A DNA stretch of 64,000 nt from Candidatus Yonathbacteria bacterium RIFCSPLOWO2_01_FULL_43_27 (GCA_001823545.1 MHUV01000003.1:6718-70717); one strand, 5' to 3'. Shown: positions 47,563-57,751, counted from the first letter of the stretch. The notes: generated from the letters alone by a model not told the origin. Translations and numbers: made by a program.

Positions 47563-47737
47563 GCCTAAAAAAGACAACGTAATACATGTAGACTTCAAAA
47601 AGTGGAAGAGAATACTCCCTAAGAAAAAACTAACCGACAGGGATATTACTCGCGCCATCGTGGGGAACATTAAGGAAGATTATTTGTCCAAGATCATCAA
47701 GCATCGCAAGAAAAAACCACCGAAGGGGGCTCTATGA
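47555..47737 (+). CDS. Small basic protein, translationally coupled to the preceding gene
   Basis: ATG overlaps the stop of the upstream gene (ACGATGTCTAA). RBS aaaaggggg. Lys/Arg-rich. Confidence 0.35.
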   Translation: MSKPKKDNVIHVDFKKWKRILPKKKLTDRDITRAIVGNIKEDYLSKIIKHRKKKPPKGAL

Positions 47738-47752
47738 GCCCCCTTCTTTTTA

Positions 47753-48892
47753 TCAATCACGAATCACGTTTTTTATAACATCGACAATTCCCCGATCAAA
47801 TGCCTCAGGAAGAACTTGGTCTGGTTGTGGATCTTTTACATATTCTGCGATCGCGTGTGCTGCATCAATGAACATTTTTTGTTTAAATTGCTTTATGCGA
47901 TTATCGAGCGCTCCACGGAAAATACCGGGGAATGCAAGTGAATTATTTATCTGATTAGGGAAATCAGAACGTCCTGTAGCAACGATAAACGCACCCGCTT
48001 CCTTCGCAACATCAGGCATGATCTCGGGAATAGGGTTAGCGAGAGCAAAAATAATTGGGTTCTTCGCCATCGTGCGGACCATTTCTCCCGTAAGAAGCCC
48101 GCCCTTCGACACCCCGATAAAAATATCGGAATCACGTAGGACTTCATGCAATTCACCTTGGACCTTCTCAGGATTAGTTGCGCGTGCAAGAGTTTGCTTT
48201 TCCATATTCAGATTTGCACGACCATCATAGAGCGCGCCCTTTGAGTCACACACGATAACATTTTCAAAACCATAGGCGAGTAAAATTTTTGTAATAGCTG
48301 TACCTGCCGCCCCTGCACCATTCATCACCACGCGCACATTCTCTTTGGTACTTCCCCGCAGTTTGAGTGCATTGATAAGTCCCGCAAGAACGATCGTCGA
48401 CGTACCATGCTGATCGTCATGCATAACAGGGATCGGGAGTTCGGCACGCAAGCGCTCTTCTATTTCAAAACAACGTGGCGCAGAAATGTCTTCGAGATTG
48501 ATTCCACCAAAACAGGGAGCAATATTTTTCACCAACGCAATGATCTCCTCAGTATCTTGCGTATTCACACAAATAGGAAAAGCGTCGATACCTGCAAATT
48601 CCCTAAAGATAGCTGCCTTCCCTTCCATGACGGGAATAGCTGCATGTGCGCCAAGGTTCCCGAGACCGAGGATCGCAGAACCATCCGAAACAACAGCGAC
48701 AGTGTTTCCTTTTATCGTGTAATCGTATGCAAGTTTTTCATCACGACCAATCTCGCGCGAAACCTCGGCTACACCAGGCGTGTAAGCAAGCGAAAGTTCT
48801 TCTTTGCATGTGAGGGGCACTTTGCTTACCACTTCTATCTTGCCACCATGTAAGCGATGGAGGTCAAGAGATTTTTTATAGATATCATTCAT
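47753..48892 (-). CDS. NAD(P)-dependent malic enzyme (short ~380-aa form)
   Basis: LSLAYTPGVAEV, GLGNLG, and the Rossmann motif RVVMNGAGAAGTAI. Confidence 0.85.
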   Translation of the reverse strand: MNDIYKKSLDLHRLHGGKIEVVSKVPLTCKEELSLAYTPGVAEVSREIGRDEKLAYDYTIKGNTVAVVSDGSAILGLGNLGAHAAIPVMEGKAAIFREFAGIDAFPICVNTQDTEEIIALVKNIAPCFGGINLEDISAPRCFEIEERLRAELPIPVMHDDQHGTSTIVLAGLINALKLRGSTKENVRVVMNGAGAAGTAITKILLAYGFENVIVCDSKGALYDGRANLNMEKQTLARATNPEKVQGELHEVLRDSDIFIGVSKGGLLTGEMVRTMAKNPIIFALANPIPEIMPDVAKEAGAFIVATGRSDFPNQINNSLAFPGIFRGALDNRIKQFKQKMFIDAAHAIAEYVKDPQPDQVLPEAFDRGIVDVIKNVIRD

Positions 48893-48895
48893 GTG

Positions 48896-49738
48896 TTAGT
48901 AATAATACTTTAGTCTTGCGTACGAGAGGGCGCCATATAAGCCGCCAAAATCAGCAAGTTCAGCTTTTTTAATTTCGGGAATTTTTGGAAATATTTTAAG
49001 AATTTCGGTGAGATGTTTTTTTACTGCTGGGACGGGGATACCCACCTCCTTCATCATTGAGCCACCGAGCACGATAATATTGGGTGACCAGTGTACGGTT
49101 GTGTTCGCAAGACCATACGCGAGATATTTTGCTAATTCATCCCATACCGTATCGTCGTGAATTTCGTACGGCTTTTTCCCAAAACGTTTCTCGATCGCGG
49201 TACCTGAAACATACGCCTCGAGATCGTTTCCTTCACATGTTGGACACAGAGTGTTATCAGGATCGATGATCTGATGCCCTGGTTCAAAACCAAGAGCGCT
49301 CTCGTCGATTGTGCCATTCACGATACGCACCCCTCCCACGCCAGTACTTATCGTCAAATAGACGACAATATTATGATCACGTCCTGCACCATAGTTTGCT
49401 TCCCCAAGCCCTACGAGTGCCGCATCATTTTCAATACTTACGGGTACGTTAAATGTTCCCGCAAGTGCTTCTCTAATATTGTGATCTATCCACCCACCCA
49501 AATTTGGACTTTTGATAAGTTTTGCCTTATCGGGATCAAGAGGCCCTGCAACTCCTCCCACAATTGCCTCAATAGGCGCACCTTGAGAAAGATTACTGAT
49601 AATGTTCTTCAGTGTCTCAATTCCCTCTCCAAAATCCTTTGGGGTATTAACAATGACGGGTTCAGCAAGGAATTTCTTACGGTCTGCAGAAACAACGCGC
49701 ATTTTCGTACCTCCAATATCGAATAATATATACATCAA
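48896..49738 (-). CDS. ROK-family sugar kinase (glucokinase-like)
   Basis: FDIGGTKMRV, ENDAALVGLGE, GVGGVRIV and a Cys/His zinc motif region. Confidence 0.75.
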   Translation of the reverse strand: MMYILFDIGGTKMRVVSADRKKFLAEPVIVNTPKDFGEGIETLKNIISNLSQGAPIEAIVGGVAGPLDPDKAKLIKSPNLGGWIDHNIREALAGTFNVPVSIENDAALVGLGEANYGAGRDHNIVVYLTISTGVGGVRIVNGTIDESALGFEPGHQIIDPDNTLCPTCEGNDLEAYVSGTAIEKRFGKKPYEIHDDTVWDELAKYLAYGLANTTVHWSPNIIVLGGSMMKEVGIPVPAVKKHLTEILKIFPKIPEIKKAELADFGGLYGALSYARLKYYY

Positions 49739-49771
49739 GCCATTTTACCAGAACAAGAACTAAAAGTGAAT

Positions 49772-51766
49772 TTACTCACCCGTATACAGCGGATTGCACT
49801 TTAAGCAAATACCGAGCTCTTCAAGACGATTAAGGTATTTTATAATCGTTGCAACGTATTCAGAATGGCTCCACGTGAGGGGTGCTGCCGAAAGTTGAGC
49901 ACCTGTGTGAGGATGAATCTGTTCTGAAAGAACTCCAGATGATGTCGCATATTTTGTTGCCCACGCAAGCCATTTATGCACCTCACCAAAATCAGACTCC
50001 TTTTTAGCACGTTCGATATAGTATTGTGCAAGCCAAAGTGTCGTAATGAACCACGGATTTCCAGGCACATCCTCAATTGATCGATAATAGCGGTCACCTT
50101 CATACCTCACAACACCAGAAACCCCCGTCTTGCACACAAGACGATTTTCTACATTTTTAATCGTCTGTACAAGACGAGGATCATCAACAGACAGTACCCC
50201 AAACGCAAACACTCCATATACGCTCGACATATCCAATGTATGATCGTACACGATGGTTCCCTCGTCGGTAATATTTATCATTTTTACAAAGAAACCCTGC
50301 GATTCATCATAGAGATACATTAAAATTGCTTCTCGAATTTCATTTGCAGCAACGGTATACGCGTGCTCACTTTTTTCTTTGCCAAGTAATTTTGCAAATT
50401 TAGCCGCCGCAATGAGCGCACCATACACCGACGCGGAGGTGAAGGTATGAATACCAAATTTTTCTTCCCACAAGTCATACGATGCCTTTGGTAGACGAGT
50501 TTTTTGATCACGATACTCCACCATAAAATCAGCAGCCTGTTTAATGAGCGTGTCGTACACACGTTCAATAAACTCAAGATCACGCGACTGCTCATAATGC
50601 TTCCAGAGCGCGAGAAGCACGAGGGCTGTTTCGTCTTCCTGAATAGGGAATTCAATTTTTCCATTTCGAACCCATGGATGCCACGAGCTTCCCAACGATT
50701 CATCGGGACGATATTTGTGCATAAAATACCCGCCGTCAGTGATAACATGACTACAAAATTCAAAAAAACGTTCTGCAACGTTATGCTCGCCGGTTATATC
50801 AAACGACTGTGCAGAAAACGCACCATCACGAGGCCACATATAGCAGTACGTATCACGACCATCTTGGAGCATATCGGAATCAGATGATGCAATAATAGCA
50901 CCACGGTTGTCAGCGTGGGTACGCATAACGAGGAGCGAACGTTTAAAAAGGGTGATCTCACTTTGGGTTAACCCATAGAAACTATAATTATATTTACTAA
51001 CCCACGCACGCCAATAATCCTTGGTAGTCCGCACCAGATGTTCAGGTTTCTTTAATAAAACATAATTATTAAGGCCAAGTGCTTCTTTGATAGACTTAGC
51101 AATAGCCATCCAGTAGTAAACCGTTTTTTCTTCATTCGGCTGAAGCTCTACATAAAAACCGATTACCGAATCTGTTGGCCCATGTTCAATATGATTTTTT
51201 GACAACAACCCATCTTCAGCATCTTTATAGCTTCCTTCCCTGCCCTCTATTTTAAAAATACCTGTTGTGTAATCATCGAATCCTCCTGCCCCAGATGCGC
51301 CATTGATAAGGAATACACGCTTGCCATTATAGTGAACAATCACATTGTGAACAGGGTCGTAATACGCCGTATCGCCACGATGGGATTCATATATTTCGAA
51401 TTCGTGATTAAAGAAAAGCTTTACCGTGCGTGCACGATCGCTTTTGTTTTGAATCGTCACCGCGCGTAGAAAAATATTTTTTTCATTATAAACAGTATCT
51501 GACAATGATAAAGTCACGCCGAGTGCATTGTTTTCTGCGGTTGTTTCGCCAACGAGAGAATCTTTTGTAAGCGTCGTGTTGATATTCCAGTTTGGATGTC
51601 CGAACCAATTGAGTTGATGGTCCACAAACACACCGACACGATGCGTGTAGTGCCCACCGAGATGATTTTCAAGACCAATGTAGGGAAAGTAGAGGTCACG
51701 CACCTGCGCATACTTATCCATACCAACGAGCATGTTCCCATTGCCGAGCGTGAGAGATTTTGGCAT
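49772..51766 (-). CDS. Glycoside hydrolase family 15 (glucoamylase/glucodextranase-like) with N-terminal beta-sandwich domain
   Basis: LGNGNMLVGMDKYAQV start and the (alpha/alpha)6 catalytic domain signature regions (DLWEE, WLAQYYI). Confidence 0.75.
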   Translation of the reverse strand: MPKSLTLGNGNMLVGMDKYAQVRDLYFPYIGLENHLGGHYTHRVGVFVDHQLNWFGHPNWNINTTLTKDSLVGETTAENNALGVTLSLSDTVYNEKNIFLRAVTIQNKSDRARTVKLFFNHEFEIYESHRGDTAYYDPVHNVIVHYNGKRVFLINGASGAGGFDDYTTGIFKIEGREGSYKDAEDGLLSKNHIEHGPTDSVIGFYVELQPNEEKTVYYWMAIAKSIKEALGLNNYVLLKKPEHLVRTTKDYWRAWVSKYNYSFYGLTQSEITLFKRSLLVMRTHADNRGAIIASSDSDMLQDGRDTYCYMWPRDGAFSAQSFDITGEHNVAERFFEFCSHVITDGGYFMHKYRPDESLGSSWHPWVRNGKIEFPIQEDETALVLLALWKHYEQSRDLEFIERVYDTLIKQAADFMVEYRDQKTRLPKASYDLWEEKFGIHTFTSASVYGALIAAAKFAKLLGKEKSEHAYTVAANEIREAILMYLYDESQGFFVKMINITDEGTIVYDHTLDMSSVYGVFAFGVLSVDDPRLVQTIKNVENRLVCKTGVSGVVRYEGDRYYRSIEDVPGNPWFITTLWLAQYYIERAKKESDFGEVHKWLAWATKYATSSGVLSEQIHPHTGAQLSAAPLTWSHSEYVATIIKYLNRLEELGICLKCNPLYTGE

Positions 51767-51791
51767 GCAATAATTATACTAGATAAAAAAA

Positions 51792-51898
51792 TAAATAGAA
51801 GCGGTATTTATCCTGTGGCAGGTCCCCGAACAAAAAAGATTACATTCTTTTGTCTTTGCCAACGACGCAAATTTACTAATTCGTCTACGTCGCTCATA
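51792..51898. repeat. Probable divergent member of the intergenic repeat family
   Basis: Starts agaagcggtatttatcc (compare aaaagcggtatttacc) and ends ctacgtcgctcataac (compare ctacgtcgctaatag). The internal sequence is unrelated. Confidence 0.4.
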
Positions 51899-51907
51899 AC
51901 AAAAAAA

Positions 51908-51937
51908 TAACCCGTACCAAAACATCGGTACGGGTTA
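51908..51937 (-). terminator. Intrinsic terminator
   Basis: taacccgtacc-aaaacatc-ggtacgggtta, with an A-run upstream on plus (a T-run on minus). Confidence 0.6.
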
Positions 51938-51955
51938 TTATGCAAACAAGAAAAC

Positions 51956-52639
51956 TTACCTTAAGTACGTAAACGACAGCAGAACGCCGAGCATTATATA
52001 CAGCACGATGCTCGCGATCCAGTATTTCATTCCCTTTTCTTTTTTTTCCTGCCGTCCGATGACATACACTGTCGGAGCGATAGATATAGCGAACAAAAAA
52101 GTAGAAAGAAAAGGGGCGACGGGCTTGATGGCCAACAAAGAAAACACCAGTCCCAAAACAGCTGCCACCGAAGCACACACATCGTATATAGGTGCTTCAA
52201 AACGAGGATGCCTCATGTTCAACAAAAACGTTGCCATAAACGCGAGGATCCACCAGACAATGAACGGACTGAAGACGACCGAACTCGAAAGAACCGTCGG
52301 ATCATTGATCATCTTGACCTCCTTATTGTCCAGATAGTAAACAACGCCACTATACGCAACGAGGTCTCTCTTGAGACCGAAAAGACTTATCATTCCCTTA
52401 GGAACTTCACGAGTCAACACGGGAATAAATTCCCCAGGAGACTTGATCGCCTTTTTTATGCTATCAATATACCTTTGTGCTTCATCGGTGATATTGATGC
52501 CCGCAGATTCCCAATGGTCAGCGCTGACCGCATAGCGGTATTCACCACGTTGTTTCATTTCTACTGCAATTTGGGCAAAAGCAGAATTCCCAATACAGCC
52601 CACGAGAAGTGCGGTAAGTAGTACCACAAACACCTTCAT
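51956..52639 (-). CDS. Membrane protein with signal peptide and a C-terminal multi-TM region, hypothetical
   Basis: Signal MKVFVVLLTALLVGCIG, a soluble domain, then four TM helices. Confidence 0.4.
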   Translation of the reverse strand: MKVFVVLLTALLVGCIGNSAFAQIAVEMKQRGEYRYAVSADHWESAGINITDEAQRYIDSIKKAIKSPGEFIPVLTREVPKGMISLFGLKRDLVAYSGVVYYLDNKEVKMINDPTVLSSSVVFSPFIVWWILAFMATFLLNMRHPRFEAPIYDVCASVAAVLGLVFSLLAIKPVAPFLSTFLFAISIAPTVYVIGRQEKKEKGMKYWIASIVLYIMLGVLLSFTYLR

Positions 52640-52711
52640 TTATTACATTCCTCCTCTTTCTAATTTTTTAGAACCTCTATATATTGATATATCACACAAG
52701 AAATAAATTGT

Positions 52712-54013
52712 CTATTTTTTCTTTTTTACAACAGGTTTCTGTACTGATTTTGTAACCTTTTTTCCAGATTTTACGTTTGCCTTCATTCCGAGATCACTTT
52801 TTCGCGTCGTGCGTAATTTTAAATCCTGAAGTGCATTCATATACGCGATGAATGCTTCGTAAGGGGTGTTATAGGGATTAAAATATTTATGCACATCGCC
52901 ATCATTGAACCATTTGGTACACATATAATAAAAATGATCTGAAGTCTGCAAACGACGCCAGTCGTCAATAAGTTTTTCATCTCCAGACGCAAGGACATCC
53001 TCCTCGAGTTTATAGACCGTATCGAGCGCATCGTGTTGCATCGGGTTCGAGAGCCACGCAGAGAGATCACGCTCTACATCTGCCCATGACATAAAATGGT
53101 GTACGTCGAGCTCGGCAACCGTATCATAGCGCGCCACCGCTTCAGATGGCGTCACAAAATCATTATCGGGATGTTTGTAAATCTCTTCTGGCAAATGACG
53201 AAGGAAATTAAAAATGCCCGTGTCCTCCCACTGATGTTCTCCAAATGTCTCGTAGTCCATAAAGAGATTGATTACATTCCCGTTGCCGTTAACTTGCGAT
53301 GCCCACTCTGCAAACTTTGGTGCGGTAAGAGGAAAATCTGCCCAATCTCTTGAAGAAAAACGAAACGCAATATCATCCGAAAGACGATAATTTTTCAGAA
53401 GAAGCTTAAGTTTTTTTGTTCCTTGGGGACGATAGAGGAAGTTGGGACTTCGCCAACCAAGCACATGATCAGCGCCTTCGGCAATGATCCCCTTGTACCC
53501 CATCTTCTCAACCTCGTGTGCGAGCGCGTTGTTGTAAATAAGTTCAGTATTACGAAAAATAGTTGGCGTGACACCAAAAAGTTTTTTGACTTTTTCACGA
53601 TGGAGTGCAACCTGACGACGAAACTCCTCGGGAGAATACAAAAATGAAAGTGAATGATAATACGTTTCTTCAAGTACTTCTACGCGACCCGTTGCCACGA
53701 GCTTTTGAAAAGACTTCAGTGTTTCAGGGCTAAACATTTCCAACTGTTCCAAAAACACACCAGAAAATGAAAAACTCGCTTTAAACTCAGGATGCTTATT
53801 GAGAAGTTCAAGAATCACCGCATTTGCAGGAAGGTAGCATTTCCCTGCTACTTTTTCGAGAATTTTCTTGTTGTTGATTGAACGTTCTGAGTTGTCGTTG
53901 AAATATTCGCTATCGTTTCCAATATCAAATACGCGATAGTCTTTTACGCGGAACGGCTGATGTACTTGGAAATAAAAACAGATTGACGCCATAGTCTTTA
54001 GTATACCACGCAT
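52712..54013 (-). CDS. Glycoside hydrolase family 57 (alpha-amylase / alpha-glucan-active)
   Basis: N-terminal ICFYFQVHQPFR (the GH57 HQP signature) and GH57 catalytic region blocks; Lys-rich C-terminal tail. Confidence 0.75.
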   Translation of the reverse strand: MRGILKTMASICFYFQVHQPFRVKDYRVFDIGNDSEYFNDNSERSINNKKILEKVAGKCYLPANAVILELLNKHPEFKASFSFSGVFLEQLEMFSPETLKSFQKLVATGRVEVLEETYYHSLSFLYSPEEFRRQVALHREKVKKLFGVTPTIFRNTELIYNNALAHEVEKMGYKGIIAEGADHVLGWRSPNFLYRPQGTKKLKLLLKNYRLSDDIAFRFSSRDWADFPLTAPKFAEWASQVNGNGNVINLFMDYETFGEHQWEDTGIFNFLRHLPEEIYKHPDNDFVTPSEAVARYDTVAELDVHHFMSWADVERDLSAWLSNPMQHDALDTVYKLEEDVLASGDEKLIDDWRRLQTSDHFYYMCTKWFNDGDVHKYFNPYNTPYEAFIAYMNALQDLKLRTTRKSDLGMKANVKSGKKVTKSVQKPVVKKKK

Positions 54014-54080
54014 AAAAAATTACAAAACAAAATGCCGAGAGTCGTCAGAGACCCTCGGCATGAAATTTCCTTCTCGCTTA

Positions 54081-54608
54081 CTACCATGGAAAATAGAGCA
54101 CCTCAGGAAATTCAAAATGCTCAAGGACGTCCCTTTCAGTGATGCTCTTTTTGCCTCTTTCTTTCATTTTCTTGGCAAAAGTACTATGCGTTCTTACAAA
54201 CGGTGCATCAGTCATAATGTAGTGCTTTAACGAAAGAAACGTCCTCAATTCTTCATAGGTAACAATTCCGCTCTTTTCAGAAACTTTTACACATAAAGAA
54301 TCTCCCTCATCGAAGCATGTCGCTTCAATGGTTGAGTGTGACCAAAAAGTTCCTGCGATCCTCTCGTTAAAACACGACCTCACGATCGGGTCACGGGGTA
54401 TCTGTGGCAACTCTCGTGCCACAATAGAACAGGACAGGGGTTTATCTCCAAAAAACTTCGATGTAGTTATGGAGATTTTACTGCCTACCAACTCAAAGAA
54501 CGGAGGAAAGTTAGAGAGACTGATTGGACGCCCTCCCTCCTTGATGCTTACGAAGTATTTCATGCCGTTCGTACTTACGACAGTGAACCGTACATTCAAT
54601 CTTTTCAT
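54081..54608 (-). CDS. Hypothetical protein inside the glucan gene cluster
   Basis: 175 aa; no motif recognised. Confidence 0.35.
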   Translation of the reverse strand: MKRLNVRFTVVSTNGMKYFVSIKEGGRPISLSNFPPFFELVGSKISITTSKFFGDKPLSCSIVARELPQIPRDPIVRSCFNERIAGTFWSHSTIEATCFDEGDSLCVKVSEKSGIVTYEELRTFLSLKHYIMTDAPFVRTHSTFAKKMKERGKKSITERDVLEHFEFPEVLYFPW

Positions 54609-54688
54609 GTCCTCCTCCTTTTATAAGGTTGTTAGAAGCTGTATCTTCTAACAAGTTATCACACTATGTAATATTTGCAACACAGAAC

Positions 54689-55897
54689 TTACATCCCCCC
54701 GCACAACACCCGCGCATAGTAATCAATACACTTCTTGCTCGCGGTATCCCACGTTACCTTTTTTACTTCTTCACGACTATTCCCCCAAAGTGTCTGCCAC
54801 AAAGAACGGTGTGATACGACACCTAGGATTTTATTTGCCATATCTTCGGTATCCCAAAAGTCTGTCTTGAGTGCGTGTGTTAGAACTTCTGACACTCCTG
54901 ATTGTTTTGAAATAAGCACCGGTGCACCTGCAATGATTGACTCTAAGGGGGTGATACCAAATGGTTCTGAAACAGATGGCATTACAAAAAGGTCTGCTGC
55001 TTTGTATACCGCATTAAGATCATTTCCTCGCAAGAATCCTACAAAAATTACGCGATCGGAAATACCAAGATGCGCTGCCTCGAGCATTATCTGGCGCTCC
55101 ATATCGCCACTCCCCGCAACCAAAAACAAAACGTTGGGATTATGTTCGAGTACGCGCTGTGCCGCGCGAATAAAATACTCTGGACCTTTTTGTATCGTAA
55201 TCCTTCCCGCAAAAAGTACAATCTTTTGCCCACTTCTTTTAATTTCCATCAAACGTTCCGGAATGTCTGCGTAATCACATTCATCAATACCGTTATGGAT
55301 TACTTCAATTTTATGTGCGGGAATACCGTAGTGCTCTACGATCTTTTGTTTGGTAAAGTTACTCACCGCGATGATACCGTCTGCTTGTTCCATCGCCGAG
55401 CGCTCGATATCATACACCTCCTGATTGACCCCCTGCCCTCCCGTGCGATCAAACTCCGTAGCGTGCATATGAAGGATGAGCGGTTTCCCTGAAACCCGCT
55501 TTGCCTCAAGTCCCGCAAGAAACGAGAGCCAATCATGTGCGTGGATGACATCAAAATGTTCTTTTTTCGCTATTTCACGCGCTCGAAGCGCATAGCGACG
55601 AACTTCTTGGAGAAGAGTGTTACCGTAAATATCACGCAAAAATGCATCTCGTTCGCGAATGTACCCCTCAGAGGTAACGTACGGTTTGAGCGACGATGCA
55701 ACTTCATGGAAAGTCACCCGACGTTCGTCTGCAAAGACCATTTTTGCATATGATGATGAAACACCAACTTTTTTAGGGAGTACAAAGATAACTTCTATGT
55801 TACGTCCTGCGAGTGCACGTGTAAGGCCAAAACACGCGGTACCTAAGCCGCCGCTGTTATGTGGAGGAAATTCCCACCCGAACATGAGTACGCGCAT
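54689..55897 (-). CDS. GT-B glycosyltransferase (GT4/GT5-like; glycogen/alpha-glucan synthase-like)
   Basis: N-terminus MFGWEFPPHNSGGLGTA; C-terminal E-x7-E retaining-GT motif region (SEPFGITPLESIIAGAPV). Confidence 0.75.
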   Translation of the reverse strand: MRVLMFGWEFPPHNSGGLGTACFGLTRALAGRNIEVIFVLPKKVGVSSSYAKMVFADERRVTFHEVASSLKPYVTSEGYIRERDAFLRDIYGNTLLQEVRRYALRAREIAKKEHFDVIHAHDWLSFLAGLEAKRVSGKPLILHMHATEFDRTGGQGVNQEVYDIERSAMEQADGIIAVSNFTKQKIVEHYGIPAHKIEVIHNGIDECDYADIPERLMEIKRSGQKIVLFAGRITIQKGPEYFIRAAQRVLEHNPNVLFLVAGSGDMERQIMLEAAHLGISDRVIFVGFLRGNDLNAVYKAADLFVMPSVSEPFGITPLESIIAGAPVLISKQSGVSEVLTHALKTDFWDTEDMANKILGVVSHRSLWQTLWGNSREEVKKVTWDTASKKCIDYYARVLCGGM

Positions 55898-56052
55898 ATT
55901 AATAATGTAAAAGTGTTATTGCTAATTGTAGCATATGTGTGCAAAGAAAAAATAAATAGAACGTGTGGAAAACGCATCGTACTCACCATCAATACACAAC
56001 ACAAAGGTGGTATACTCATAACAAGGTCATAGAACCCCTAAAAAATTAAACT

Positions 56053-56244
56053 ATGTTGAACAATCATATTTATAATTTACTCCTTCAGGCAACCGAAGAA
56101 CATAAAAGTCTCTGGCGTATTAAAAGTAACTACCACGATGACGCAAAAGACTGCGCGGAGTGTTCGGTGTTTTGGGAAAAGCTCGCGAAAGACAAGGAAC
56201 AACATGTGGCAGAAATTGAAGAAATGATTAAGAAGCACTTATAG
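56053..56244 (+). CDS. Small hypothetical protein
   Basis: 63 aa, followed by the hairpin terminator tccgcaaa-cacagca-tttgcgga. Confidence 0.3.
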   Translation: MLNNHIYNLLLQATEEHKSLWRIKSNYHDDAKDCAECSVFWEKLAKDKEQHVAEIEEMIKKHL

Positions 56245-56329
56245 AGAATTTTATTTGTCGAGCACGTTAAAATATCCGCAAACACAGCATTTGCGGAGTA
56301 TTTGCATTTTTATACAAAATATGTTATAA

Positions 56330-57058
56330 TTGTACTCAATGAAACAAGAACCTCTTATCTATCCTGTACGCCTCAACCGATACCTCGCCCACAAGGGGCT
56401 CGCAACACGTCGCGGTGCTGATGAACTTATTGAAAAGAAACTCGTAACTATCAATGGCACGGTTGCAAAACTCGGCGATAAAATTAACGAGAAAGATGTT
56501 GTGATCGTAGCTCCATCTGTACTTGCTAGCATCTCAAAGCAGTATCGCTATATCGCCTACCACAAACCGTGTGGTGTTTCCACAGATGTTCAACCAGGAT
56601 CACAGTCAATCTCTTCTGAACTTCCAGCACTTCGCGGTCTCTTCCCTCTTGGTCGCCTCGACAAAGCATCACACGGACTTATTATCCTTACCAACGATGG
56701 GCGCCTGACCGAACGTCTTCTTCATCCTTCGCACCATCACGAAAAGGAATACCTCGTGCGTGTTGATAAGCCTATTACGGATTCATTCATTCGCCATCTT
56801 GAACATGGTATTCTCATTGAAGGATATAAAACAAAACAAGCAAAGGCGCGACGCTCTGGCGAAACTATTTTTTACATTACGATTGTCGAAGGCAAGAAGC
56901 ACCAGATCCGCCGTATGTGCACCGCTGAGGGATACCAAGTCAAGGACCTCAACCGTGTGCGTGTGATGAACATCAAACTCGGTACCCTCAAAGAGGGTGC
57001 TTATCGATCTATTGAAAAAGACGAACTCTCAACGTTCCTCAAAAACATCGGGCTTTAG
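56330..57058 (+). CDS. Pseudouridine synthase, RsuA/RluB family, with S4 domain
   Basis: S4 domain RLNRYLAHKGLATRRGADELIEKKLVTING, then HKPCGVSTD and GRLDKASHGLIILTNDG (catalytic Asp). Confidence 0.8.
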   Translation: MYSMKQEPLIYPVRLNRYLAHKGLATRRGADELIEKKLVTINGTVAKLGDKINEKDVVIVAPSVLASISKQYRYIAYHKPCGVSTDVQPGSQSISSELPALRGLFPLGRLDKASHGLIILTNDGRLTERLLHPSHHHEKEYLVRVDKPITDSFIRHLEHGILIEGYKTKQAKARRSGETIFYITIVEGKKHQIRRMCTAEGYQVKDLNRVRVMNIKLGTLKEGAYRSIEKDELSTFLKNIGL

Positions 57059-57074
57059 AATACAAGAAGAGAAT

Positions 57075-57719
57075 TTAAACGAAAATCGCAAGAAGTTTTG
57101 TCGGATCCCCGTCAGGAATTTCGTAATCAAATTTTTTACCAAGGTCTTTCTTTTGATTAAAAGCAACATACCCTCCTACGCGCTCAATTACGGGCACTTG
57201 AGTAATTGAATTTGCAACAATCGCGATGTCGCTAGGTGTTACAGAAAAAGTTTCGGCGAGAGCTTGGATCGCGTCTCCTTTGTCGTAACGATTAAACTCC
57301 TGCACCAGATTTCCTGTCACCATATCATTCTCATACTCAAATACTGTCCCTTGTGCAAAATCAAAGTCATATATTTCCTCAAGCGCATCAACAACAAAAT
57401 CCGGATGCGCAGTCATAACACCCACAACATAACCACGACGCCTTAGCTCAAGAATTACCTCCTGAAATCGTGGACGAAGATATTCTGAAAGATATTTAAC
57501 GGTGAGAGCGGTAATCTTTTCTTTTTCAACTCCACGAAAAAGTTCTGCGTACTGTGCAAGCCCCCATGGCCCTACTTCCTTCCTTTTTTCATATTCCTCC
57601 TGAATCATCCGTGCATCGTGCTCTTTTCCCAACACACACAAGATATCAAACATAGGATTACTACCATCCTTAAGAAGAATTCCTCCGACTCCAAAAATAA
57701 TTATCTTTGGTTTTTTCAT
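57075..57719 (-). CDS. HAD-like fold protein lacking the nucleophile Asp (possible pseudo-phosphatase)
   Basis: Motif I position reads FGVGGILL instead of FDxDGTLL. A K...GD motif is present (YDKGDAIQAL). Motif IV reads IVANSIT instead of GDGxND. Confidence 0.35.
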   Translation of the reverse strand: MKKPKIIIFGVGGILLKDGSNPMFDILCVLGKEHDARMIQEEYEKRKEVGPWGLAQYAELFRGVEKEKITALTVKYLSEYLRPRFQEVILELRRRGYVVGVMTAHPDFVVDALEEIYDFDFAQGTVFEYENDMVTGNLVQEFNRYDKGDAIQALAETFSVTPSDIAIVANSITQVPVIERVGGYVAFNQKKDLGKKFDYEIPDGDPTKLLAIFV

Positions 57720-57751
57720 AAGTTTATTTACGCACGTACCATCTCCTATTA

